Virus record (IMG/VR): IMGVR_UViG_3300037851_000846
Coordinates: 1-33,878 of that record
Strand: one strand, 5' to 3'
Origin: a virus
Lineage: Duplodnaviria; Caudoviricetes
DNA length: 33,878 bases
Below the pieces are notes generated by a model. The model saw nothing but the letters and a program-made list of their open reading frames with translations, was not told the origin of the DNA and made no database searches. Within the stretch, counting starts at the first letter, position 1, and every line of letters begins with the position of its first letter. Of this stretch, positions 7,670 through 16,192 are shown in pieces. The position numbers were made by a program, and so were the translations under genes.

Positions 7670-8325
7670 ACGCGATCCCGCAGACCGGGGCGACCCGGTA
7701 CGACTTCACGCGCCCGATCCCGGTGGACGCTGCCCCATGGCGCATCCAGGCGCGCGACGCTAACCGGCGCGTTATCCAGGATGAGGACGCCGGCGCCGGC
7801 TTCGCGTTGGAAATGGCGCTCCAGACGCTCACGGCGGCGCGGTGGGTCGTCTCCGCCTGGATTGCCCAACGGCACATCCGGGCCTATCGCGGCGACACGT
7901 TGCCGGTCACGCGCATGGACTTCCGCTGGACGGTTGGGCGCTGGACGGTGCAGAAATGGCTGGCCGGGTGGACGGCCTCCACGCAGCCCAACTACACCGA
8001 GGTCAAGCCGGCGGGCTGGGAGGCGGCTGAAGCGGTGCGTTGGTTACAAGCCCACCGGCCCCAGGATGACGCGCAGATCGAAGGCTGGCGGTATGAGACC
8101 GTGGGCGCGCACTTCATCCGCGCGTGGTACGGCCCGCGCCTGCCGGTGCGCACCAAAGCGCAGATCATTCGGATGCGCGACGCGCTGAAAGACTACCGCA
8201 ACTCAGAACTGCTGTACGTCCAGCGTGAACCGTGGCGGGTCTTACCGCGCCCGGCCTGGCTGCCGGCGGATGTGTCGGTGATGGAGATAGAGCGGGACAA
8301 GCTGGACCTGGCCTATCTCTTGTGA
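7666..8325 (+). CDS. Hypothetical Trp-rich protein
   Basis: ATGA overlap with the upstream gene; 219 aa. Confidence 0.7.
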   Translation: MNAIPQTGATRYDFTRPIPVDAAPWRIQARDANRRVIQDEDAGAGFALEMALQTLTAARWVVSAWIAQRHIRAYRGDTLPVTRMDFRWTVGRWTVQKWLAGWTASTQPNYTEVKPAGWEAAEAVRWLQAHRPQDDAQIEGWRYETVGAHFIRAWYGPRLPVRTKAQIIRMRDALKDYRNSELLYVQREPWRVLPRPAWLPADVSVMEIERDKLDLAYLL

Positions 8326-8413
8326 GATTCTTCGCAAACTGCGCTCAGAATGACGAATGACGTTTTACGTTTCACGCATCACGTTTTACGTTTCACGTTT
8401 TAGGGAGGCTACG

Positions 8414-9586
8414 ATGACATTCAAGAAGATGGTACGCACGCAGTATCCCCCGCGCCTGTGGGCGCTGGTGGGCTTTCCGGGGGGCGGCAAGAGCACGTTC
8501 GCGGCGCAGATGCGCGGGCCGCTGCTGCCCATTGACGCGGATCAGCGGTTCGGCGAAGTGCGCCCGCTGACCGCGAGCGAAGTTTACCAGTTGAGCGACG
8601 TGGCCGCCGACCACACCGACGCGGAGCGGGTCGCGGCGCTGCTGGCGGAGGGGATGCCGGGCAGCGACGTGCGGACGATCATCGTGGATAGCCTGACCAC
8701 GATCATCGCGCCGCTGGTCACGCGCGCGCTGATTGACAACGACGCCGAGCGGAATAAGAACCGGATGGCGGCCTTCCGGGAAAAGGCGTTGACCATGCGC
8801 CTGCTCCAGGACAGCATCACCAAATGGGGCTGTGACGTGCTGTGGATTTACCACCTGCAAACCGGGCGCGACGCCGGCGCGAAGGAGCAGACGACGGCCA
8901 CCGTGAGCAAGACGGAGCTGGCCCGCCTGCTGCGCTCGCTGAACCTGCAACTGGAAATCGTGCAGGACGGCGCGCGGCGGGGCGTCAAAGTCGTGTGGGC
9001 GCGCCGGGGCCGGGCCTATCCCGCCGTGCCGGTCCTGTGGGATGACAGCGGCAAGTGGGCGGGGATGCCGGAGAAGATCGAGGCGGCGGTATACGACGGC
9101 CTGACCCTGGCCGACCAGGAGCGCATCGCCAGCGCGACGCCGACCAGCTTCCCCAACGATGAAGCCGCCATCGCCTGGGGGCTGGCGCAGGGTTGCTTCG
9201 CGGCTCTCCCGCACGCGCGCAACGCTTACGAGAAGCTGAAGCGCGCGCATCCCGACGCTAACGGCGATCTGGCGTCTCTGTGGGTGGCCGACGTGCAGGA
9301 GCGGGTGAAGGGGGAGGGGGAAAATGCGGAGGGGGAGCGGGGGAGCGGGGGAGCGGGGGAGATGCCGCCGCCGCCCACGCCGGAACCGGCGCCGGAACCG
9401 CCGACCGATTTGCCGCGCGGCCATCTGACGGCCAATGATTTCTGGCAGGATTTTTACCGGCTGAAGGCCGAGGGGCGGCTGGGCAGCCAGGCCGACAAGC
9501 TGAAGACGGCGCCGGAAGTCAAAACGGCGCTGCGCTCAAACGACTGGGCCACGGCGCATAAGTGGCTGATGGCGCAGGTGCGGTAG
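8414..9586 (+). CDS. AAA_24/Sak4-like recombination ATPase
   Basis: Walker A GFPGGGKST, IDAD, Walker B TIIVDSLT; GGGAGG SD before ATG 8414. Confidence 0.8.
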   Translation: MTFKKMVRTQYPPRLWALVGFPGGGKSTFAAQMRGPLLPIDADQRFGEVRPLTASEVYQLSDVAADHTDAERVAALLAEGMPGSDVRTIIVDSLTTIIAPLVTRALIDNDAERNKNRMAAFREKALTMRLLQDSITKWGCDVLWIYHLQTGRDAGAKEQTTATVSKTELARLLRSLNLQLEIVQDGARRGVKVVWARRGRAYPAVPVLWDDSGKWAGMPEKIEAAVYDGLTLADQERIASATPTSFPNDEAAIAWGLAQGCFAALPHARNAYEKLKRAHPDANGDLASLWVADVQERVKGEGENAEGERGSGGAGEMPPPPTPEPAPEPPTDLPRGHLTANDFWQDFYRLKAEGRLGSQADKLKTAPEVKTALRSNDWATAHKWLMAQVR

Positions 9587-9690
9587 GCACAGCATCTCAT
9601 ATCCCGCTGCTCCGCGCGTGACGTGAAGCCACGGGCCGGAAGAACGCTAACCAAGCGCAAGGATACGCCGTTAGACGGCGGGGCGGCGGG

Positions 9691-9710
9691 ATTATTTCCC
9701 AGGAAATAAT
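9691..9710. promoter_or_regulatory. 20-bp palindrome copy 2, 18 bp upstream of parB
   Basis: ATTATTTCCCAGGAAATAAT. Confidence 0.8.
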
Positions 9711-9728
9711 GGCAACAAGGAGCAGACT

Positions 9729-11327
9729 ATGATCAGAGTAGAGTTGACCCGTATTGACGACAATCCGTATCAAAGCCGCCTGGAATATGGCGATCTGACC
9801 GACCTCGCGGTCAGCTTCCTGGAATTATGCGGCGCCCTGCCGGAGACCTCCGGCCTGCTGCAAGTGCCCCTGGCGCGCCTGGTGCTCGACGGGCGCGTGG
9901 TGGACCCCCTGCCGGGGGACGTGGCGGCGTTCCTGGCGGAGACGCCGGCGCGCGTGGAATTGGCGATAGGCCACCGCCGTAAGCGGGCGTTCGCGCAATT
10001 GGCCGCCCGCGCGGGCGCGGTCGCGCAGGACTTTACCACCTTCCCGGTCACCCTGGCCGTGCTGGACGACCAAGCGATGGCGGCGCTGGCCTGGGAAGAG
10101 AACGAGAAGCGCAAGGACATTTCCGACGTGGAGCGCGCCGTCGCTATCGAGAAAGCGCTCCACGATTTCGCGTGGACGCAGGCGGAGATCGGCAGCCGGT
10201 GGGGGATCGCGCAGGGCACCGTCTCCAACCTGCTGCGGCTGTTAGCGCTGCCGGAGAAGATCAAGGGGCTAATCTGCGCGGGGACGATCACCGGGCGGCA
10301 CGGCCGCGCGCTGTTGCCGCTGGTGGACATGGGCGAGCGGTGGGAAACTTTCGTTCACATGGTCGAGCATGGCGGCTCGGGCGAGTATGTGCCGGTGGCC
10401 GAAGTAGAGCGGCGCGTGACGGAATATGTGCAGACGCACACCTACGATCTGACCGAAATCCCCTGGGATGAAGCGTGGGATCCGCGCCTGGCCGAAACGC
10501 AGCCCTGCGCCACCTGTATGGCAAAAATCAAGGTGGGGCGGGAAACGCGCTGCACCCAGGCCGGGTGTTACACCGCCAAGACGCGCGCCTACAAAGTTAC
10601 GGTCAAAGGCCCGGCTAACGCGGTCAAGTCCTACCACCTTTACCGGCGCGAGGGGTGGCGCGAGACGCCCGATCCCGGCTGGGCGACGTGCCTGGGCTGT
10701 GGCCGCACTGCGCGCGACCTGGAAGCCGCGCGCTACGGCTCGCGCATCTGGCTGCGCAGCGGCGGCAATCACATCTGCCCGCAGTGCGCGGCGCTGGGGC
10801 AGTTGCGGGCGACGGAGCCGGAGAGGGGGAGAGGGGGAGAGGGGGAGACGGGGAGAGAGGGAGCGGGGGCGGAGTATTTCCCGGCGACGCCGCCGCCGGC
10901 ATACGCAGAAACCGGCGAGCCTGGGCGCTCACTGGCCGGGGTGTTTGCTGAGGGGGCTGACGCTCCCGGCGATCCGGACGCTGGTTTCACGGCGGGGGTG
11001 GATGAGGATGGGGATGGGTTTGGCAAGGATGACAATGCCGCAGCGGAGGCCCCGGCGTCAGCGCCCCAGGCGGCCACCAGTCCGACGTTACCTGCACCCG
11101 GCGCGCATGTAGTCTATACCGGCACGGCGATACTCACGACGCCGCCGGCGCGTCCCGCCGTGTTGACGGCGCGCATTATGCCCGGCGCGGCGCTGGCAGC
11201 GCGGCGGGTGATCGTGTCCATCGCCGACGAGGGGTTGATGCCGGCGGTGCTGCGGTCAGGGCCGTTTGAGAATATCGGGATATTGATCGGGGAGGCGCTC
11301 CAGGCGCATTTCCCGGAGATGGAGTAG
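9729..11327 (+). CDS. parB: ParB/Spo0J-family CTPase (PRTRC-associated) with Cys-rich C-terminal extension
   Basis: NPYQSR, GLLQ, GHRR, ENEKRKDIS, HTH TQAEIGSRWGIAQGTVSNLLRLL, RHGRALL; later CxxC pairs and an acidic linker. Confidence 0.9.
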   Translation: MIRVELTRIDDNPYQSRLEYGDLTDLAVSFLELCGALPETSGLLQVPLARLVLDGRVVDPLPGDVAAFLAETPARVELAIGHRRKRAFAQLAARAGAVAQDFTTFPVTLAVLDDQAMAALAWEENEKRKDISDVERAVAIEKALHDFAWTQAEIGSRWGIAQGTVSNLLRLLALPEKIKGLICAGTITGRHGRALLPLVDMGERWETFVHMVEHGGSGEYVPVAEVERRVTEYVQTHTYDLTEIPWDEAWDPRLAETQPCATCMAKIKVGRETRCTQAGCYTAKTRAYKVTVKGPANAVKSYHLYRREGWRETPDPGWATCLGCGRTARDLEAARYGSRIWLRSGGNHICPQCAALGQLRATEPERGRGGEGETGREGAGAEYFPATPPPAYAETGEPGRSLAGVFAEGADAPGDPDAGFTAGVDEDGDGFGKDDNAAAEAPASAPQAATSPTLPAPGAHVVYTGTAILTTPPARPAVLTARIMPGAALAARRVIVSIADEGLMPAVLRSGPFENIGILIGEALQAHFPEME

Positions 11328-11347
11328 GGAGTAGGGAGTAAGGTCAG

Positions 11348-11794
11348 ATGAAAATTTACAAGTACAACGACTATGAGTACAAAGACGAGGCTGGGGAGTT
11401 TACGACGGCAGATGTGAAACAACAACTGACCCAGTATTTCCCAGAGATTGCCAACTGTGTGACCGAGGAAAAGCAGCAAGGGGCGGATACGGTCGTCACC
11501 TTCGTTAAGCGGGCGGGGACGAAAGGACAAGGTGACGGGGTGACAGGGAGAGAGGGTGAGCGGATGCCGGTATTTTTGCGGGTGGGCGATGACCGCTGGA
11601 TCAACCTGTCCAACGTGCTGGACATCAACGCAGAATGTGTCGTGCCTGACTGTATTACGCTGGATGGCGCTACGCGGGTCGTGTTGTGCGGCGCCGAATC
11701 CGAGGCTTTTTTAGCCTGGCTGACGGATCACGACTGGGATATTCGGGACTATAACGAACCGGCGGCGCCGGCTCAGGCACATGACCCCGCGTGA
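11348..11794 (+). CDS. PRTRC protein C (prokaryotic ubiquitin-like) fused to a C-terminal domain
   Basis: Residues 1-60 match the pattern YxY..D....T..VK..L...FPEIAN...TFVKRAGTKG; the frame continues 88 aa past GTKG. Confidence 0.85.
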   Translation: MKIYKYNDYEYKDEAGEFTTADVKQQLTQYFPEIANCVTEEKQQGADTVVTFVKRAGTKGQGDGVTGREGERMPVFLRVGDDRWINLSNVLDINAECVVPDCITLDGATRVVLCGAESEAFLAWLTDHDWDIRDYNEPAAPAQAHDPA

Positions 11795-12050
11795 CGTGCT
11801 GACGCGGTTGGATGCGCTGCCGCCGGTGGACTTGCCGGCGGTGGCGTTGGTCCTCTGGCTGTGGGAATGGGATGGGGAGACGCTGACCGGCGGCCCGCTC
11901 CATGTCGCCAATATGGCGGAACTCTTCGCGGCCGGTGAGCAGGCGCAGGCGGCCCTGGCGCGCTATGCCGAGGCTGCCGGGAGGTTGAAGGAACGATGTC
12001 TGACGCAATGGCAACCCAGCCCGGCGGTTGCGCCGCCGGTGGGCTTCTGA
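11781..12050 (+). CDS. Hypothetical protein within PRTRC cluster
   Basis: Overlaps both neighbours; helical composition. Confidence 0.65.
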   Translation: MTPRDVLTRLDALPPVDLPAVALVLWLWEWDGETLTGGPLHVANMAELFAAGEQAQAALARYAEAAGRLKERCLTQWQPSPAVAPPVGF

Positions 12051-12913
12051 ATTTCCAGGCAGTCGAGCGCCTGGGGCGCCGCTTCCGGCTGCCGCGTTAC
12101 AGCGCGCTGGCGGAGGCGTGCGCTGACCTGGCCGCGCTCACGGTCATCGCCCCGCTGGAACGCGCGTTTGCCGCCATGTTCGACGCGCCGGAAACGCCGC
12201 TACTGAGCGTGGTAGGCCGGGAGGAATGGCTACTCGGCAACGTCGAGCGGCATCTGTTCCCGCTCGATTTAGATTACGTCAACCAGATTTTTTATAGCGC
12301 CGAAGAGTCGGTTTTGTTGGGGGCGGTCCCCTTTGACGCCGCCGGCATCCCCTGGGAGGTGTGTGGCATGGGTAATATGCCGGCCGGTATCGAGGCGCTG
12401 TACGCGCTGACCTACCGCTCGTTGACGCCCTTGGCCGGCATCACCGACGTGGCCGAGCTGGGCGACTGGCTGGTCGAGACGGATGACGAGGTCATGGAGT
12501 GGCTGGCCGAGCGCGACCTGGTGGGGAGCGGCTGGGATTACCTGGCGATCCTGGCGGCGTTGCAGGCGCTGCCCGCGCCCTTCGATGGCCTGGCCGCCGG
12601 CTACCGCCGCCTGGCGCGGCAATCCGGCAACGTGTTTATAGACACCCTGCCCGGCAGTTGGCTGCCGGAATATGGGATTTTTGGGGCGGATGAGGCGGAA
12701 TTCGGCTGGACGCCGGAAGACTTACGCACCCTGGCGGGCGCGTGGGCGGAGATTACCCCGGCAGCGCAGGCGTGGCAGCATTACCAGGACTGGTACTTGG
12801 GCGCACCGGGGGCGGAAGAGATCGTGATTAAGACGCTGTGTGCGGCGCTAGGGTTGGCGCTGCCGGAGGAAAATGCCGATGACACTGACGACGAATTTGC
12901 CGCAGGTGCATAA
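11996..12913 (+). CDS. Hypothetical acidic protein, positional equivalent of PRTRC protein F
   Basis: 305 aa, acidic and Trp-rich; lies between Ubl and E2 as F does. Family call is by synteny only. Confidence 0.6.
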   Translation: MSDAMATQPGGCAAGGLLNFQAVERLGRRFRLPRYSALAEACADLAALTVIAPLERAFAAMFDAPETPLLSVVGREEWLLGNVERHLFPLDLDYVNQIFYSAEESVLLGAVPFDAAGIPWEVCGMGNMPAGIEALYALTYRSLTPLAGITDVAELGDWLVETDDEVMEWLAERDLVGSGWDYLAILAALQALPAPFDGLAAGYRRLARQSGNVFIDTLPGSWLPEYGIFGADEAEFGWTPEDLRTLAGAWAEITPAAQAWQHYQDWYLGAPGAEEIVIKTLCAALGLALPEENADDTDDEFAAGA

Positions 12914-13577
12914 CGCGCTGGACGTGGCGCGCTATGGGCTGAATCCCGCGCAGGATTATCAGCAGTTGCGCGGGCGGCTGGATGTGTACGACGAAGCGCT
13001 GCTGTGGACGCGCTACCTGGACGACGAGCGCACGTCCACCTACGAGGTATCCCCGTTAGACGTGGCCGCGACCTTCGCCGATCTGCCGCTCGTGACTGGC
13101 ATCCTGCCCCCGAATTGCCTGTGGTATCGGCAGACGGGCGGCGTGCAGGTGGGGTTGTACGTCGCGCCGCAAGCGTGGACGCTGCACGATCATGAAGATA
13201 CCGTGTTCGCGGACGTCTCCCTGCCGGGGCTGGTGTTTTGCGGCAGCGGCGGGGAGTATCGCGTCTTCGCCGTCAAGCACCGCCCGGTGGACGCCAGTGA
13301 GAGGCTGTTCTATGCGCCCTTGCCCAACGTCCATAACGACGGCAAGATTTGCAAAGGCAATGCGCCCTTCCCGGCCTGTACGCTGCGCACGGTCAATGCG
13401 GCGCTTAAGCTGTTTATGGTGGAGAGCGCATTCAGCGATCACCTGCGCGGGGGCCGGTGCAAATCCTATCCCGACGATGTGCGCGGCCTGTGGGCGACGC
13501 TGGCCGGGCAGGCGGAATTCCCGGAGAGCGAATTGCTGCCGGCGAAGCTGAAGGTGGGGGACTTATGGGCGCTATAG
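12873..13577 (+). CDS. PRTRC protein B / prokaryotic E2 family D
   Basis: GILPPNCLW, LPGLVF, VFAVKHRP, LFYAPLPNVHNDGKICKGN (catalytic Cys), SAFSDH. Confidence 0.88.
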   Translation: MPMTLTTNLPQVHNALDVARYGLNPAQDYQQLRGRLDVYDEALLWTRYLDDERTSTYEVSPLDVAATFADLPLVTGILPPNCLWYRQTGGVQVGLYVAPQAWTLHDHEDTVFADVSLPGLVFCGSGGEYRVFAVKHRPVDASERLFYAPLPNVHNDGKICKGNAPFPACTLRTVNAALKLFMVESAFSDHLRGGRCKSYPDDVRGLWATLAGQAEFPESELLPAKLKVGDLWAL

Positions 13578-14140
13578 CCTCGCCGGTGGCCTACACGATC
13601 TATCAGGGCGGCGCGCCGAGTGTGCCGCCGGGTAAGAGCTACGCCTATTTCCTGGCCGGGAACGGCGTCTTCAAGCTGGCCGAGTCGTCCTACCTGCACG
13701 CGGTGATCCCGGTCGCGGTGGGGCGCGTGGCCGGGTTGCCGCCGTTGGCGCCGGAGGTCGCGCTGCGGGTGGACATCCCCGCGCAGTTATGGGATCACGT
13801 GCTGGCCGATGCGCGCCGCGTGGCCTGGGAGACGCCGCGTGAGGCGATGTATCACGTGCGCGTCAACGGCAGGGGCGTCAGCGTCGAATCGCCGGCGCAG
13901 ATCGGCACTGCCGGACATCTGGCATATCAGGGCGGCGCCGGGGCCGACGTGGTGCTGGACGTGCATTCGCATTGTGAAATGGGGGCCTTTTTCAGCGGCA
14001 CCGATAACGCCGACGAGCAGGGCTTCAGGATTTACGGCGTGATCGGGCGCATCTTCACCCGACCAGAAATCCGGCTGCGCGTGGGCGTGTATGGGGATTT
14101 CTGGCCGATAAAACCGGAGGAGCTATGCAAACCGTGGTAG
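13565..14140 (+). CDS. PRTRC protein A / JAB (JAMM) metalloprotease
   Basis: YFLAGNGVF, PREA (Glu), DVHSHCEMGAFFSGTDNADE (HxH-x7-S-x2-D), RVGVYGDF; start ATG 13565. Confidence 0.9.
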   Translation: MGAIASPVAYTIYQGGAPSVPPGKSYAYFLAGNGVFKLAESSYLHAVIPVAVGRVAGLPPLAPEVALRVDIPAQLWDHVLADARRVAWETPREAMYHVRVNGRGVSVESPAQIGTAGHLAYQGGAGADVVLDVHSHCEMGAFFSGTDNADEQGFRIYGVIGRIFTRPEIRLRVGVYGDFWPIKPEELCKPW

Positions 14141-14691
14141 AGATGTTTGGGGCTGGTTGGCGCGAGGTAGATGCGACGTGGCTGGATTATCCGCAGCGGA
14201 ATCAATATTTTACCGAGGCTTGGACAATGCAGGAACGGCGTACATTGGGGATGGGCGCTACGGCGATTCTGAGAGCGTTGTGCCGCTTGGATGAGGGGCA
14301 CATGCAACGCTACACCGATGGTCGGTATCGGCCACTCCGGGCCGGGATGTTCACGCTGGCCGATATGGCGGCGCTGTTTGTGGAGTGGCTACGCGCTGAG
14401 CGCTATATCTATGGATTCGGGCGCGGGTGTGGTGTTCTGATGCGGCAGTTTTTCGCACCCTACCTGGATGGTGACGAGACACCCCGCGCGCCGACAGCGA
14501 TCCCGTATCCGGTGGATGTGCCGCAAATCTTCGCGGCGATTATGGATGCGGTCCAGGCCGTCGAACGCCTGCCGGTGCAGCACGCGGTAGGCAGCGCGCC
14601 GCACATGGTGATGGATCAGTTATTGCAAAACATTGGGACGTTGGCGCGGGCGGGGTACGAGATCACGCGCCAGGTGGGGATGACGTTATGA
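14125..14691 (+). CDS. Hypothetical protein between JAB and E1
   Basis: GGAGGAG SD; overlaps both neighbours. Confidence 0.7.
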   Translation: MQTVVEMFGAGWREVDATWLDYPQRNQYFTEAWTMQERRTLGMGATAILRALCRLDEGHMQRYTDGRYRPLRAGMFTLADMAALFVEWLRAERYIYGFGRGCGVLMRQFFAPYLDGDETPRAPTAIPYPVDVPQIFAAIMDAVQAVERLPVQHAVGSAPHMVMDQLLQNIGTLARAGYEITRQVGMTL

Positions 14692-15476
14692 TTACCCTCA
14701 CGCACGAAAAACGCTATCGTCTCCAGATCGGCGCCCCGGATATTTACCGGATTTATCTGGTAGGCTGCGGTGGGACGGGCAGCTTCCTGGCGCTGCACCT
14801 GGCGCGGCTGGCGTATCACGTCCGCGAGCGGTATGGGCGGGAAGTCCGGCTGACGTTCATTGACCCGGATCGGGTGGAAGATAAAAATATCGGGCGGCAA
14901 AACTTCTGTCCAGCGGAGATTGGGGCGTATAAGGCGCACACGTTGATGCGGCGCTACAATGCGGCCTTCGGGCTGGACATCCAGGCGGTCTGCGCGCCCT
15001 TCGCGTCGAGTATGACGACCGGGCGCGTCGCGTTCCGGCTGCTGGTCGGCGCGGTGGATAACGCGGCGGCGCGGCGCGAGTTGCAGACGGCGGCCACGGT
15101 GATGGGCGGCGCGACGTGGTGGCTGGACTGCGGCAATCACGAACACGCCGGGCAGGTGCTCCTGGGGAATCGCGCCGATCTGCGCGCGCCGGAGATCGCG
15201 CTCGGTTTCTGTGGCGGCCTGCCGCTGCCGAGTGTGCAGGCGCCGGAGCTGCTGGAAGCGAATAGCGAATTACGAATGACGAATGGCGAGAGCTGCGCGG
15301 AGTTGGCGCTCCGCGACGCACAGAGTTTGATGGTGAATCAAATGGCGGCGGGGTGGGCGGCGTCTTATGTGTACCGGCTGCTCATCGGTAAGGATTTGGA
15401 TGTGTACGCGACGTACTTTGACCTGGTGAGTGCGGCGGCGCGCTCGCTGCCCATCGTAAGACCGGAGGCCGTATGA
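14688..15476 (+). CDS. PRTRC ThiF-family E1-like adenylyltransferase
   Basis: LVGCGGTGS, DPDRVEDKNIGRQNF, K, GAVDN, WLDCGN, GQVLLG, SCAE (Cys), QSLMVN. Confidence 0.92.
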   Translation: MITLTHEKRYRLQIGAPDIYRIYLVGCGGTGSFLALHLARLAYHVRERYGREVRLTFIDPDRVEDKNIGRQNFCPAEIGAYKAHTLMRRYNAAFGLDIQAVCAPFASSMTTGRVAFRLLVGAVDNAAARRELQTAATVMGGATWWLDCGNHEHAGQVLLGNRADLRAPEIALGFCGGLPLPSVQAPELLEANSELRMTNGESCAELALRDAQSLMVNQMAAGWAASYVYRLLIGKDLDVYATYFDLVSAAARSLPIVRPEAV

Positions 15477-15907
15477 GTAGTTGTCAGCTTTGTGGTAAGC
15501 CGATTGAGAACGACCAGGTGTTCGGCAATCCAGGCGATGTGCTGTGCTGGACGTGCTGGCGTGACTTGCTGGATGAACCGGAGAGTTACCCAGAAATCCA
15601 CTGCGCCATGTCGCATCTATGGATTTCTAACCAAAAGCCCGCCGAGTGGCCGGCCATCCCCGCCGACGTGGCCGTGTGTCCGATTTGTCGCGCGCCGGTG
15701 GAAATCGTGGAGATCAATGAATGGGAAGTTAAATCTCGGAAAGTCACGGATGACGGGCTAAAGATTGACTGCACGACTGCCCCGGATATAGATAGCGACG
15801 GGTGGGAAGATTGGCATCGCACGCACTGGTCAAGGCCCTACGTGGATTGGTTGCCGGTGGAGAAAAAGGGGCGGGCGTGGTTCAATCAGCATTACCGCAT
15901 CCGTTGA
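15473..15907 (+). CDS. Cys-rich (Zn-finger) hypothetical protein
   Basis: CQLC, CWTC, CPIC; GGAGG SD; ATGA overlap. Confidence 0.7.
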   Translation: MSSCQLCGKPIENDQVFGNPGDVLCWTCWRDLLDEPESYPEIHCAMSHLWISNQKPAEWPAIPADVAVCPICRAPVEIVEINEWEVKSRKVTDDGLKIDCTTAPDIDSDGWEDWHRTHWSRPYVDWLPVEKKGRAWFNQHYRIR

Positions 15908-15911
15908 CTTG

Positions 15912-16021
15912 GGGTGACCGGGGTCACCCTACCGGTCACTTCACCGGTCTCCCCGTGATTTGAGGGGAAGAACGCCGGTCTCCCCACCGGTCAACTTGCC
16001 GGTCTCCCCACCGGTCACCCC
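15912..16021 (+). repeat. Iteron-like 12-bp-period repeats plus palindrome
   Basis: CCGGTC at 15932, 15944, 15975, 15987, 15999, 16011; palindrome GGGTGACC-GG-GGTCACCC at 15912-15929. Confidence 0.8.
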
Positions 16022-16047
16022 AGGGAATCGGGCATACATAAGGGGAA

Positions 16048-16091
16048 ACAGGATTAGCATGATTGACAGGATTAACATGATTGACAGGATT
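16048..16091 (+). repeat. 18-bp tandem repeat, about 2.4 copies
   Basis: ACAGGATTA(G/A)CATGATTG twice, then ACAGGATT. Confidence 0.85.
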
Positions 16092-16120
16092 GGGGATAAA
16101 TAGACTGGCGGATGGCCGGA

Positions 16121-16140
16121 ATTATTTCCCAGGAAATAAT
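16121..16140. promoter_or_regulatory. 20-bp palindrome copy 3
   Basis: ATTATTTCCCAGGAAATAAT. Confidence 0.8.
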
Positions 16141-16192
16141 TTCAATTTGGTGTAAATTCGGTTATTTATGTCAAAATGCGCCATAAATTCAC

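Noticed and set aside
9601-9692. tRNA or self-cleaving ribozyme
   Set aside because: No TTC-RA T-loop, CCA end or CUGANGA/GAAA core; reported only as a generic structure.
14688-15476. Thiamine/molybdopterin biosynthesis or CBASS/Bil defence role for ThiF
   Set aside because: No ThiS/MoaD pathway genes and no CD-NTase; the neighbours are PRTRC-type.
15912-16091. CRISPR array
   Set aside because: Repeats are short and tandem with no unique spacers; no cas genes.
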